Origin: Octopus sinensis
Taxonomy: Eukaryota
NCBI RefSeq assembly: GCF_006345805.1
Contig: NC_043021.1
Coordinates: 5,332,001-5,396,000 of the forward strand
Reading direction: 5' to 3'
DNA length: 64,000 nt
Below the pieces are notes generated by a model that was not told the origin of the DNA, ran no database searches, and worked only from the letters and a program-made list of their open reading frames with translations. Position numbers and translations under genes: made by a program. Within the stretch, counting starts at the first letter, position 1. The number at the start of each line of letters is the position of its first letter. Shown here piece after piece: positions 37,322-51,127 of the stretch.

Positions 37322-38380
37322 TATTTCCTCCACCTTAGCGAAGGCAAAGGTATTGTTTTCAGTTGTGTTTGTTAGTTTGTCCATGGACAAGATATCTCAT
37401 GAAGCGCTGGATGGATTTGGATGAAACGTCCAGGGATGTTTGGCCTTGTGACTGGTGCGAACTGATTAGATTTTGGGATCGATCTGATACCAGACAAGGA
37501 TTTTGGATTATTTGTTATATTTACTTTACACGAAGTATTATGATCTTACGTTCACTTTCAAGTCTTTCTCTGATTATCTCTCTTGAAAGCACGCTCATGG
37601 TTTCCACACAAGTTGTGGCAGCATTGCAGTTTCCAAAGTTTTATTTTTGTTTCTCTATTATTAATTTTACTCGTGTCTCTATCTTAGTAGAAACTAATGG
37701 ATAAAGAAATCAAAATACATAAACAAACAGTGGTAAAACTGTTCAGAAATTAAATAGCATTAACATATTCAGTAGCAATAATAAATTTAATTTATCCTTG
37801 ACAATTTTTAGTTTTACCAATTTTGAATATATTGCTCCTATTTAAAACCCCTTACCTACTTGAAAATTGCATTTCTGCCTTGAAGGAAGCTTTACTTCTT
37901 GGACTCACATTTTTGTGTGCAACGATGCTGTTAATAAACCTCTGTTAACAGCACCATATGCAGGTCCTTTCCATTTTCTTTTGTGCATGGATAAATTTTT
38001 CATTATAGACCTTAATGGTCGTAAAGACATTATATCAGTTGATAGATTAAAAAAAGGCCTTCATAGAGAAAACTGTCTCTGTTCCCACTGCAGACGACAC
38101 ACACTCACACAGAGCATTACAAACATGGCCCACACACCCACCTTCACATTCCATGACTACCATTGGGATCAATCAGGTACTGGACAAGGATTCTGGATTA
38201 TTTTTCCGGTTGTTTTACTTAATTTTTGGAGCAGTCAGGTTCATTTTGAGTATCCTCGTTTGTGAGAGCAGTCGAGTTTATTTCAGATATTCTCATTTTC
38301 GAATTCATCTCGAGCTAATCGTCGAGAGGACGTTGGTGTTGCCTCGGTGGAGGTTTGCGCTCTCTGAGTGCCCTTGTTAT
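37322..38380 (+). mobile_element. Helentron-associated (HINE/DINE-1-like) non-autonomous element
   Basis: 5' CCTCCACCTTAGCGAAGG...; 3' CCTCGGTGGAGGTTTGCGCTCTCTGAGTGC; subterminal inverted CCTCCACC/GGTGGAGG; begins after (ATT)n. Confidence 0.55.
37890..38060 (+). mobile_element. Ty3/Gypsy integrase C-terminal (GPY/F module) fragment
   Basis: HIFVCNDAVNKPLLTAPYAGPFHFLLCMDKFFIIDLNGRKDIISVDRLK resembles the VFVR.D....PL..PY.GPF...SIDRLK motif. Confidence 0.75.
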
Positions 38381-41300
38381 TATTCTAAATAGCAGCTTGG
38401 GTAGACTTTCTATTTTCATTTTATGGTTTATGTCTGAGAAGTTTTTAAGTTTACAGAATGGATTACCCCCATAGCCCCTCTCTCTCTAGCCTCCTCCATG
38501 AGCCCCTCTCTCTCTAGCCTCCTCCATGAGCCCCAATGGTCTGTAAACAAAGGTAAAGGGATGCTATGACGCAGATGTTGTTAAAACAGAGGTTGACACC
38601 CTGCTTTCCCCATACACACCCGTCACAAAGAACAACAACAACAACTACAGCAACAACAACAACAGACACTCCAGTTTGGCGATTAATGCCAAGGATATTT
38701 TTTTATGGTTTCAGTTTACAGACCACAGACGGTGTTTCTTGTGCTTCTTCATTGACTGTGTTGAAACCTTAGCAGCGCCAGCTGGAATTCTCCACTGTTT
38801 TAGTAATTATGCATAGAGTCTGCTACCGCTGTAGCATGTTGGTAATTACCATTCTTATTGAATGTCACTGGCAAAAAAAAAAACTCCCCATAAAAAAGCT
38901 ATCTACCCCCCCCCCCCCCAAAAAAAAAGACCCCTTAAAAAACTAAAAAGCCCCACCCCACTCCCTCTTTCATCCCAAATTCCCACACTGATGTATATTT
39001 AATTTCAGACAGAAACTGCAATATTGAAATGGATATAATATTTACTAATCTTTCATTAATATTATTATTTTTTTTTCATTAGAACCCATTTGTTTCCAAT
39101 TAGTTTTTCTAATCTTCTGTACATTAAATACATTCACGCCTATTTACTCGACTATTGCTTCACACAAAGACGGCATCTTTGAATTATTCAGTCTCTAAAC
39201 AATGCTATTTTCTTCGGCCAGAAAATGTATTGTATTGTACTGTACTTTATGTTCATTCGTTTACTTATTAATGATTCTTTTATTGCTATTTTGGCAAATA
39301 TCAAATATTCTTTACTGATGAGGTTTGAATAAGATTGAAACACTTGTGGAGTTCTCTCCCATACGTAATGGTTAATGAAAATATTAGACATTGTGATTAG
39401 TATCATTTTTTTTTCCTTACTACATAATTATTTCTATGATTGTGAGTACAACACCCTAAGACCTAAACACTAGTAGTTGGGGTGTTGTACTTGCAGTTGT
39501 AAGGTTCCATTCCCAGACCAGGCACTCAGTTCACATTGCTTCTGTCCATTCAGCTGAAAGTGATTGTTAGTAATATGCGTGGGATGAAGTTTGACCCTGT
39601 AACGGATTGGCTTTCCGATCCAGTTGGGTGGGGTGGTCTTCACAAGTAGGGGTGGAGACTACCTAATGGTCTTTTCTGCTATAGAAAGGTCATCACGATA
39701 CTCTGCATTGCCCCATTGGCCCCCCCAATGTAATAAATTCTAGTTAGCTTAAACTAAGCACCAATCCTTAAATGCCACTCCTTAAACTAAACACCAAATT
39801 CTAAATTAAACACCAGTGCCTGAAACAAAAAACAAACTCCTAAACTAAATACCAATCCTAAATTAAACATCAGACCCATTTTACACCAACACCAACCTCT
39901 AAACTAAACGCTAGCCTCTATATCAAACATCAGCCCTTAAATATGAGCCTTATGAGTCTTAATTCAGCTTTGACCAAAACCTAAACTAAACACCAACCTT
40001 TCAGTTAAACACCTTCACCTGCTTTTAAACCAAACACATATGCCTATATATATATATATATATATATATGAGGATTAGCATTGCACTTTGAAACTTACTA
40101 AGGGATTTGAATCAAACTGTTTTGATCCATATCTATCTATCTTTCCTTCATTTCTTTCTTTCTAACGAAAACTCAATATTGGAATCTCTGAACCCACTGT
40201 TGGTTCTTATAGCATTCTGGAAGTTTAATGATATCTCACAAATGCTTGTACAATATTGTATCTGTAATATACCAAGTCAATCTTGATTGGTGGGGGTTCT
40301 ACATTTACAGAGTGAAAAACATAGATAAATATTAAGTTGTTATATACAATGACTGCAAGGATTGAACTTTTTTTTAAATAAATGTCAATCCTTCAGACCT
40401 CTCCTCTTCCCCATGGAACAAACCAGTTTATACCATTTTGTGAACTTCAATACTACTTGAAGATAAATGTTATCACTAGTTTCCTCCAATTCTTCTGTTT
40501 TACTTTGAACTGTTGACAACCATGTTTTGAAGTGTCACCATTACAAGGCTTTGGTGGGCCCAAGGCTATAGCAGAAGACACTTGCCCAAGGTGCCGCGCA
40601 GTGGGACTGAACCCAGAAGCATGCGGTTGATAAGCAAGCTACTTACCACACAGCCACTCCTGCACCTATATTCAGTTATTTTTCTTCTTTTTAATATTAA
40701 TAACAGAGAGTTCTAAAATTAAACATAATACCATTTGTAGTTATTGCTATTTTAGAAAACCATGTTAACTAATAATAACTTTCTTGTGAACTTAAAAGCT
40801 GAGGGAGACGAGTTTTGTTAACATGTTAAATGCTTTTTATTTTTAAAATGTATGATGTCTTTTGGCAGTCCCCCAATATCATAATGGGATACAAAACTGA
40901 CCCCTCACCATTACCACCATTATACACATACTTTACATACATATATATACACACACTATTGTTGTTTAGCTCCCTGTCAGCTCTGCTCCAACAAACATAT
41001 AATCATCAGTATTCTGGCTTTGATTAGTTAATCATCGTTTGCCTTTTCCTATGGCATAGGGTATCTCGGACTACATTATCTAATGTATCCTTCCTTTTTT
41101 TTTTTTATAATAGTAAAGTGTGATTTAAAGGAGGTTTGGATACTATTTTTACCAGTTTGAGTAACCATAAAAGAAGTTCTCTCATTGCTACGTGCTGTTC
41201 TTTAACCCTGCGTCAATTTTGATCCCTTAGAAGACTAATAAAAAATGTCCCAGTCTTGACTATCCCATCTTTGTTTTGTTTTCTTTTTTCAGTTAGTCTA

Positions 41301-41504
41301 TTATGGACTACATTATCCAATGCATCCTACCATATTTTAAAATTAAAATATGGTGGTATGATGAGGGAGATCTGCTGCTATTTCTAATGGGCCAACATCA
41401 TTGCAGGATATGAACCCCTAACCCTTCAGTTTGTACTGTACCAGTCAAAACAAGTGACAGGGAGCTAAACAACAATAATGTGTGTATATGTGTGTATGTA
41501 AAAG

Positions 41505-41835
41505 TGAAAGAGCATAGCTTAGTGGTTGGGGGTATTTGGCTTATGATCATAAGGTCACATATTAGATTCCTAGCAGTGCATTGTGTCCTTGAGCAAGCCA
41601 CTCTATTTCCTATTGCTTCAGTCCACTCATCTGATGAAAATGGGTTGCACCTGTAATTCAAAGGGTCAGCTTTGTCTCATTCTGTTTTCGGCTGAATCTC
41701 CTTGAGACCTACATTAAGGGTGCACATGCCTGTGGAATGCTCAGCCACTTGCAATGTTAATTTCATGGGCAGGCTGTTCTGTTGATTGGATCAACCAGCT
41801 GGAACACACATCGTCATAACCAACAGAGTGCCAAT
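41505..41835 (+). mobile_element. Further tRNA-type SINE family E (degenerate)
   Basis: tRNA-like head, TGTGTCCTTGAGCAAG box, 3' part shared with ~50230-50420. Confidence 0.6.
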
Positions 41836-42433
41836 TATCAAAACAGATGAGTTTCGTTAATTATCCTAATTAACATTAAATTCATGGCTCAATGAAATAA
41901 GTGTAGCTAATGCTATAGAAATGCGCTCTCATTCATGTTTTCGGGGATCTTGATTTGATCCAGTAATACAATACTTTGAGACAATGAGGAAGCTTCTACC
42001 TCGGCCCATTAGAAATAGCAGCAGATCTCCCTCATCATACAACCATATTTTAATTTTAAAATATGGTAGGATACATTGGATAATGTAGTCCATAATAGAC
42101 TAACTGAAAAAAGAAAAGAAAACAAAGATGGGATAGTCAGGACTGGGACATTTTTTACTAAAGTCTTCTAAGGGATCAAAATTGATTTGGGGTTAAAGAA
42201 CAGCATGTAGCAATGAGAGAACTTCTATTATGGTTACTTAAACTGGTAAAAATAGTATCCAAACCCCCTTTAAATCACACTTTACTACTATAGAAAAAGA
42301 AAGGAAGGATACATTAGATAATGTAGTCCTAGATACACTATGTCATAGAAAAAGGCAAACGATGATTAACTAATCAAAGACAGAAAACTGATGATCATAT
42401 GTGTGTTGGAGCAGAGCTGACAGGGAGCTAAAC

Positions 42434-42734
42434 CGAAAGAGCTGTTCTTCACTCCTGCTCCAGAGCGTCGGCTGCGGGGTCACTCCGAAAAGCTCTATCT
42501 GCGACGATTTCATCTCAGTCGAAGGAGAGAGGCTTTCTCTGCCTGGGTTGCGGATCCGTGGAATAAGCTGCCGGACGAGATAGTGAAGATGCCGACGACC
42601 GCTCGGTTCAAAGTCTCTCTTGACCAGAAATGGCCCGAACTCTTTGCATGAACACCCTCCCTGTACATAACTCCATGTCCCCCTACATGGCCTTGCTTTT
42701 TGCTTTTTGGGCCAAAAAATTAACTTAACTTAAC
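42434..42734 (+). mobile_element. CR1 3' fragment present in only one arm of the inverted duplication
   Basis: ELFFTPAPERRLRGHSEKLYLRRF...; (TTAAC)n tail; absent at the homologous site (~40960) of the left arm. Confidence 0.88.
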
Positions 42735-43002
42735 AATTGTGTGTGTATATGTATGTATGTAAGTATGTGTATAATGGTGGTAATGGTGAGGGGTCAGTTT
42801 TGTATCCCATTATGATATTGGGGTACTGCCAAAAGACATCATACATTTTAAAAATAAAACTCGTCTCCCTCAGCTTTTAAGTTCACAAGAAAGTTATTAT
42901 TATGAGTAACATGGTTTTCTAAAATAGCAATAACTACAAATGGTATTATGTTTAATTTTAGAACACTCTGTTATTAATATTAAAAAGAAAAAAAAACTGA
43001 AT

Positions 43003-43400
43003 ATAGGCACAGAAGTGGCTGTGTGGTAAGTAGCTTGCTTATCAACTGCATGGTTCTGGGTTCAGTCCCACTGTGTGGCACCTTGGGCAAGTGTCTTCTG
43101 CTATAGCCCCGGGCCGACCAATGCCTTGTGAGTGGATTTGGTAGACGGAAACTGAAAGAAGCCTGTCGTATATATGTAATGTGTGTGTGTGTGTTTGTGT
43201 TTGTCCCCCCCAACATCGCTTGATAACCAATGCTGGTGTGTTTACGTCCCTGTAACTTAGCAGTTCAGCAAAAGTGACTGATAGAATAAGTTCTAGGCTT
43301 ACAAAGAATAAGTCCTGGGGGTGAATTTGCTCGACTAAAGATGGTGCTCCAACATGGCCGCAGTCAAATGACTGAAACAAGTAAAAGAGTAAAGGTGTAA
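43003..43400 (+). mobile_element. SINE family A, full length
   Basis: Matches family A. Confidence 0.86.
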
Positions 43401-44669
43401 GAGTAATGCTAAATAATGTAATCTCCTAGATATAAAAAAGACAGGATGGTCATATGTGGAACACCTTTGAGCATAGATTGAGTCGATCAAAGTTAACTAG
43501 GGTTTCCATCCATCTTCTCTGTCCACTATTCCTGGGAGGATCATTAGGGTGGAGTCATCAGGCACCTCCTCCATAGAATCCTATCAGAAGCAACCATCAT
43601 TATCCCTTTAGCATTCAGATTAGTCTCTCAAATGTAATGCTTATTTATCCACATTTTTAAAACTAATCCTGCATTATCTCTATCTCATAGCTTAGAGATT
43701 TTGATACGCGACTGTTTACTTTTAGAGTGATATTGTTGGGTTGGTGTGAGAGCCTGGATCTGGCTAGTTTGACCATAAAACTGGTAGAGTATTTTGGCTG
43801 GATATGGCCAGTCTTAATGCTAAAGAGTTATACTTTCCTGATGGATTTTCAGGCATGACCAATGGAGATTATGGCTATTATTCAATCATCTTGTTCTTGG
43901 GCTACACCTAAGTCTCCTGCTGGTTGGCTCAGCTTGAAGAATCTCTCTTGCAATTCTTTTCTGTGACATTCTAATCGCATTTTTGTAGTACTGGAGCTAT
44001 GACCTCTTACTGCAGAGAAGTAGTAAACCAACCTGGGGTGACTTACTGATCTCAGAGCCATACACTATATCAAGTAACATTATTCCAGAAATCCTTCAGA
44101 GGAACCCCAATTTTGGCCACTTGTATCTGCGATCATAATATTTTGGTTATTTACGCAGGTGAGGATAAATACTGAAACTGAACTGGAGATAGCAAATGTG
44201 GCTTTTTTGTTTTTTCTTTACCACCCTCTTTTGTGGATTGAATTCTGGTGCTGGTACATTACTGTACCAGCATCTGGAATTCTAGTGCCCAAATCAGCCT
44301 CCTGTGTCACATCACTCATGAATATAGGCCTTGAGGTACTTAAACCTCTCCTCTTGTATCAGTGATGTTCCACTAACATGCAGAGTGCAGTGGGAAGTCT
44401 TTCTTGAGAGAACCAACGTTTAAGTCTTCACAAGCCTATTTCTCATCCTTGTTTTGTAAGCACTTAGTTGACTTGGGACACAATAGCAACTACAGGAAAC
44501 TCTTTAGTGGCTCCTAATTAAGAGATAAGCTGTTAAGTTCTTGACAGTGTCTCATGATAAATAAAAGCCTCACAAAATGTCTACCTAATCTGGAATTAAT
44601 CGAAACTGACTGAAAGAGAAAGAGAGGAAAGAAAGCAAAGTTAAACTGTTTGTTTTCTTATATGTTTAA

Positions 44670-44877
44670 CCCTTTCGTTACTGTATTTATTTTGAGATGC
44701 TCTGTGTTTCTCTCAATTATTTTAAATATAACAAAGAATTTAGTAAAATAACTTAGTTATCATTCAGCTAGTGTTAGGAACATAAATTGTGACTAAGGTT
44801 TTAATTCAAAATTTACAAAAACAAGACATTTGTACTACAGAACCAGAGCCGTTTCAGCCGGGTTGGTAATGAAAGGG
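44670..44877. mobile_element. piggyBac-like MITE (second family)
   Basis: TTAA|CCCTTTCGTTAC ... GTAATGAAAGGG|TTAA. Confidence 0.75.
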
Positions 44878-45683
44878 TTAATGCTCGTGCATTATTCATT
44901 TTAGTCCAGCAATGTTAGGAAGCCGGCTCATCTCTCAGCTTCATAGAAACCAATAGTGAAGTAACTGGTTTGTAGTTAATAACAACAATACAACTTAAAA
45001 CAAGATTAAATGAACCACATCTTGTCAGCCTTCATTGTAGTTTCCTTTTTGTTTTTCTTAAAGTAAAGCAAATGTTGTAGTTTTTGTCTGGCATTCAAAT
45101 TAAAGAAAATTCTGTTTGTGGATTTTCTCCCACTTTCTTCAGAATTTCCTTATATTTCTTTGAACTTTGTACTTTTATAGGGACAGGCATGTCTGTGTTC
45201 TTAAGAAGTTCACTATGCAACCACCTGGTTCAGTCCCACTGCACGACCCCTTTCGTCATTGCCTCTGTGAGGCCCAACATTTAAAGGTCATGCTTGACCA
45301 CCTTGTCCCATGTCTTGAAAATATATTTTCTCCACTCCTTTTTTGATATCTATCATATGTTACTCCCTTTGTTACCTGGTGTGTTCATAAGGAGGTTGCT
45401 TTCTGTTGGTACACTAAAGGTTAACAGCTATTATGCATGAACATGGCATTAGACCAGAAAGTGGCATCTTCTTTTACTCTTTACTTGTTTTGGTCATTTG
45501 ACTGCAGCCATGCTGGGGCACCACCTTGAAGAAATTTTAGTCAAATGAATTGACCCCTGTACATCTTTTTTTCAAGTCTGGTACTTACTCTATCGGTTTC
45601 TTTTGCTGAACTATAGTTCCAGATTAATGCCGAGTGAGTGAATTTGTTTGACAGAAACTCTGTGGAAGCCTGTTATATATAAA

Positions 45684-45715
<32 letters not shown>

Positions 45716-46300
45716 TCAACCTCCCCACCCACCACCATACACACCTTACTGCTTGACAACTGTTGTTCGTTTGTTTACATCCCTGTAATCTTAGAAGTTT
45801 GGTAAAACAGACCAATAGAATAAGTTACCAGATTTGAAGATAAGTATGGTGGGGTCAATTGCTTGACTAAATCCTTCAAAGCGGTGCTCCAACATGGCCA
45901 CAGTCCAATGACTGAAACAATAAATGATATAAATTGGTTAGTGGAATGGGAATTTCTTAGTTGCTGTTGCTTAGCCTCAGGCCAGCCCTGATTGAGCAGA
46001 CCTCAAACTGTGGCTAATCGACGCCCGACCTTAGAGGAATTGTTTCTAATTTTCGTACAGGGCCAGCAATTTTAGGAGGAGGAGGAAGTAAGTTGATTAC
46101 ATCGACTCCGGTACTTGAGTGGTGCTAATTTTATAAACCCCGAAGATGAAAAGGCGAAGTTTACCTCATAAAAAGCAACAGAAATAGCACAAGACGTTTC
46201 TTCCCACCGACGCTTTACCGATTTTGCCAGCTCGCATGGGTATATTCAATGTAGACCGTTGGACAAAATGCAGAGAGGTTTTTCTTCTGTTTCATTATGT

Positions 46301-46598
46301 GATCACGTGATCGACCAGACCATCAGATGTTGTTACACATCGCTGGTCACAATGCGTTCGCATTGTTTTTTAGCCTTTGAATGACGCCACCCCGCTGGCT
46401 AAGCGAGCGGGCCAACAGAAGAAAGAGTGGTGAAAGAGTACAGCAGGGATCACCCCCACCCCTGCCGGAGCGTCGTGGAGCTTTTTTTTTTAGGTGTTTT
46501 CGCTCAATAAACACTCACAACGCCTAGTCTGGGAATCGAAACCGCGATCCTACGACCGCGAGTCCGCTGCCCTAACCACTGGGCCATTGCGCCTCCAC
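46301..46598 (-). mobile_element. SINE family D with 12-bp TSD
   Basis: GTTTCATTATGT at 46289-46300 and 46599-46610. Confidence 0.9.
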
Positions 46599-47456
46599 GT
46601 TTCATTATGTACTGGGTTTAAATTTTGCCGAGGCCAGATGCAAAACAAAATACAATTTAAATATGATTCAAATACTAAAAAAAAAAAAAAAAATAGTACA
46701 GCAGAAATATATTCATAAAATAAATTCATGTCATATCGATAAAATGTCTTTATATTTCCTACTGTTGTTACGTAGTCCCCAAGTCTGCCCTGAGAAATAT
46801 CTGAACTATTAGGAAAGACAATCTAACCTTTATCGAGGTCGATAAAATAAAGTACCGGTCAAGTACTGGAATTGTTGCTTTGGAAAGCAGAATGGGCCCT
46901 TGTATTTGAAGTACGCAAATAAAAAGGAAAAAACCCATAAATATTGTAAAATATTTATTTATTTATTGCGATGCTCTGTCTTAACGCTGCTCCGTGTGAA
47001 GAGCCCTTTCTAAAAATTTTTAATTATAATTTTGCGGCGAAGGAACTTTTAACCGTTTTGTGAACTCAAACCACAGATAAAGAATATATCTAAGGGAGAC
47101 AACCAGTGAATATCTCACCGAATATCATACACAGTTATCGTTCTTAGGCACGAATAATTTCATCGTTTTGCATTTAAAAAAAATATTGTTTATGTTTAAA
47201 AGGCATTGTGCTGGTCGTTTTTGTACGCTACCCGCCCACCCCCACTTGTCCCATGGCGGTGAGATTGGTGCTATTACCATTCCTTTTGACGACTGCAAGA
47301 AGACATATTTAGGGTGTGACTTCTAGACGTTCTGAGGGATGGATAGAACATGGGTGATGAGAAGATGAGAAAAGAAGGATCGGGTGAGCGGAGGGGGACT
47401 ACAGTTCAGGTAGAAACAAGCACTCGTGCCTTCTACTATATATTGCCTCGGGAAAG

Positions 47457-47688
47457 GCGGCGAGCTGGCAGAAACGTTAGCACGCCGGGCGAAATGCTTA
47501 GCCGTATTTCGTCTGACGTTACGTTCTGAGTTCAAATTCCGCCGAGGTCGACTTTGCCTTTCATCCTTTCGGGGTCGATAAATTAAGTACCAGTTACGCA
47601 CTGGGGTCGATGTAATCGACTAAATCCGTTTGTCTGTCCTTGTTTGTCCCCCCTGTGATTAGCCCCTTGTGGGTAGTAAAGAAATATA
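47457..47688 (+). mobile_element. SINE family B with ~15-bp TSD, inserted in a SINE A relic
   Basis: TATATATTGCCTCGG on both sides. Confidence 0.88.
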
Positions 47689-49509
47689 TATATTGCCTCG
47701 GACTGACCAATGCATTGTAAATTAATTTGATAGGCGGAAACTGTGTGGAATCCCGGCGTGTGTGTATAAGTTTGTCTCCCATCTTCACAACTAACGTATG
47801 ATAGCTACAGGTACCATTCCCGGTCTTTCTAATTCTGGTACAAGGCCTGCAACTTTGAGGGGAAGGGCAAGTCGATTGCAATCGATCGCAGTACTTTACT
47901 TGTACTTTATCGACTTTGAAAGGATGAAAGACAGAGCCTGATCTGGGTGGAATTTAACTGAGAACATAACGAACCAGAAGAAATACTGCAGGGTATTTTG
48001 TCCGACGCTCTTAACGATTCTGCCAGTTCACTACCGTAATAGTAATAATGATAATAAACAAGTAATGTTTCTGCTATAGGCATAAGGCCTGAAATTTCAG
48101 GGGGAGCGGGTAAGCTGATTATATCGACCCCGGTGTTTCACTGGTATTTAATTTATCGACCCCGAAAGGATGAAAGGCAAAATCGACCCCGGCGGAATTT
48201 GAATTCAGAACATAGCAACGGGCGAAATACCGCTAAGAATTCCGTCCAGCGGGCTAAGGATTCTGCCAGCTTAAGAAAAAAGAAAAAAAGAATTCTTTTT
48301 ACTATAGGCGCAAGGCCTGAAATTTTAGGGGATTGGGCCAGTCGATTACATTGACCACAATTCCACTGGTGCTTATTTCATCGACCCCGAAAGAATGAAA
48401 GACAAAATCGACCTCGGCGGAATTTGAACTCAGAACGTAAAGATGGATGAAACCCTGTCTGGTACTTATTTTATCGGTTCCGAAATTATGACATGTACAG
48501 TTGACCTCAAAAAAGGCGGAAGAAATGCCGCAAAATATTTTGTCCCCGACGACCTATCGATTTTGCCTGCTTCTATAAATATCATTCATAATTGTTTTCC
48601 TTCAAATATCCCATCTTTGCGATTGATTGAAAGGATAAGTTTTGGCGTTGGTTTCGACAAATGCGAATTAGAGTTTTTTGGTCAACGAAATTTTTTTTTT
48701 TAGAGTCTTTTTTTACATAGACTCTTGTATATGCACTCTATGGAATCTCCAGGCTGGCAACGATGTTTCAATTCTTCATTGAAAGATAAAATAATAAAAA
48801 TAAGGATTTATAATATGATAACCTATTTGTTTTTCCCTTCTCGTGTCGATAACAGCCGCAATAAATGTCGGTGAATTAGATATAAAATAAAAATATGTAT
48901 TGGTTATTCTAAATCTATCCCGTTTGCTGTGATAAAAATCAATTTATCGGATATATTACATTTAACAGTGCCCGTTCACGCACGCACGCGCATATATGTT
49001 GTGTGTGCGCCTGTTATAATGTATGTGTCTTGTGTGTACGTGTTGTGTCTATGTATATGTGTGTGCGTGCGTTTGTAAATTCAGATTTCGTGTTTAGTTC
49101 CTTTAGAATTCTCTCCCTTGGAATGATACGATTCTTTTACATTGAATTAGTAAATTAGTGTTGACATTTATTGGAGTGACTATCAGAAATCTAATTTAGA
49201 ATATTTGTGCAGTGAAGAGAAGTCTTAATTAGATCAACCAATAATTATTTTTACTGATTTTAGCCATTCGATTGCGGTCATCCTGGAGCACCGTCTCCAA
49301 GGGTTCTAGTCGATATTAATATTGGTCCCAAGAATTTCGTATGTTATTTTAGGTTACATTGTTTTTGTAAGCATACAAAACGCATTGATGTACAAAAGGA
49401 GACAACTCAGTCGGACTTTAATACCGCAGGGTATTTCTGTTCAATTACACCGGGCTGTAACCCGCACTCCTAAACACCTTCGATATATCCATATAATAGG
49501 GTCTCCGAA

Positions 49510-49925
49510 GGCGGCGAGTTGGTGGAAACGTTAGCGCGCCGGGTGAAATGTTTAGCGGTATTTCGTCTGTCGTTACGTTGTGAGTTCAAATTCCGCCGAG
49601 GTCGACTTTGCCTTTCATCTTTTCGAGGTCGATAAATAAAGTACCAGTTACGCACTGGGGTCGATGTAATCGTCTTAATACCTATGTCTGTCCTTGTTTG
49701 TCCCCTCTATGTTTAGCCCCTTGTGGGTAGTAAAGAAATAGGTATTTCGTCTGTCGTTACGTTCTGAGTTCAAATTCCGCCGAGGTCGACTTTGCCTTTC
49801 ATCCTTTCGAGGTCGATAAATAAAGTACCAGTTTTGCACTGGGGGTCGATGTAATCGACTTAATCCCTTTGTCTGTCCTTGTTTGTCCCCTCTATGTTTA
49901 GCCCCTTGTGGGCAGTATAGAAATA
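49510..49925 (+). mobile_element. SINE family B dimer
   Basis: Head+body+body; junction AAAGAAATA|GGTATTTCGTC at ~49740. Confidence 0.86.
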
Positions 49926-50175
49926 TCCATATGACAGGGTCTCCGGATACAGAGCTTAAGGTGACCATTCAGGCAGAGAAGCAAGAACTTGAATGTAGAT
50001 CACTCCGAGTCTTAGAAAAAATCGTTGGGCTTTGACTTAGCACTTTCGAAAATCATGTCCAACTGTCGGTACTATATGTGAAACTCAGAGTAGCAAGAGA
50101 CTGTTCGACCAAAATAAATGAAATATATTAATCACCTTTTCTATCGCGTTCTCTTTCTTCCGACTGTCAACACTA

Positions 50176-50217
<42 letters not shown>

Positions 50218-50420
50218 CATATATATATCGTGTGGGGTGTCACATTAAAAACACCCAGCATACACAGGGCCAGCATTTTCATACTCGGTGTCATGCTGAA
50301 TCTCCCCGAGAACTACGTTAAGGGTACATGTGTACTCAGCCACTTGCATATTAATTTCACAAGCAGGCTGCTCCGTTGATTGGATTAACTGGAACCCTTG
50401 TCATAACTGTCAGAGTACCA

Positions 50421-50489
<69 letters not shown>

Positions 50490-50567
50490 TATATGTGTGT
50501 ATATATATATATATACACACACACATATATGTGTGTATATATATATATATACATACATGTATATATA

Positions 50568-50760
50568 TAGATCGTTAGCCACTACACACATTTTTACTCT
50601 CCTTTTTTTTGTCTCCTTTTTTCTCCTGTGTCCCTTTCTGCAGAAGAGCGTAGGTTCGAAACGTAAAAGACTTTTTTTATTCCTGAGTGTTATACTAATA
50701 CATCTGTTTGTTTTGTACACCACCTGTCTTCGTCTTTTGTTGTTTTTTTTTGTAAACTCT

Positions 50761-50765
<5 letters not shown>
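50568..50765 (+). mobile_element. Family H3 element, second copy
   Basis: 50630-50671 reads GTCCCTTT-CTGCAGA-A-GAGC-GTAG-GTTC-GAAA-CGTA-AAAGAC; flanked by (TA)n. Confidence 0.6.
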
Positions 50766-50800
<35 letters not shown>

Positions 50801-51035
50801 TTAATAAGGGTGAGAGAATTAGATACTAATTTAATAGTATATCTATTCTACACCAATATTTTATAATATATTATAATATTTTTACAAAATAAATATAAGA
50901 GAGTGGTCACTATATGGCTCACTCTAGCACCAGTTAATCCAATAGGTTTCAACCACAAAAATACATGTTTCCCATGAAAGTCAGTACGATTGTTAGCTCA
51001 CACGGACAGGGCAAATAAAAAATAACAAAAATACA

Positions 51036-51127
51036 GATTATTTTGGGACAATTGTTTCGCTATTAATGAATTGAATGTAATTTTACTTACAAAAAAATCC
51101 ACTTGTAGCTCCTCAGCCAAAACTATC
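51036..51127 (-). ncRNA. Type I hammerhead ribozyme (copy 1)
   Basis: Reverse complement of 51649-51740 with one loop substitution; predicted cleavage between 51047 and 51046. Confidence 0.82.

Larger units (their letters stand above)
40543..43129. repeat. Old inverted duplication: arms 40543-41393 and 42003-43129, ~610-bp spacer
   Basis: Unique sequence in the arms is reverse-complementary (e.g. 41341-41393 vs 42003-42055; 40670-40800 vs 42870-43000). Confidence 0.9.

Noticed and set aside
39740-40030. CCTAAACTAAACACCA-type repeats as interstitial telomere
   Set aside because: Not TTAGGG; a degenerate low-complexity repeat of unclear origin.
8600-42734. All four copies of one CR1 family lie on the + strand
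   Set aside because: With four copies this arises by chance 1 time in 8; too weak to infer host-gene orientation.
47245-47270. ATGGCG|GTGAGA as a gene start
   Set aside because: Weak Kozak context and no downstream exon could be linked.
50075-50100. ATGTGAAACTCAGAGTAGCAA, similar to ~62472-62493 and to the H2 stem III
   Set aside because: No upstream hammerhead core or flanking homology; a ~20-bp match is not enough.
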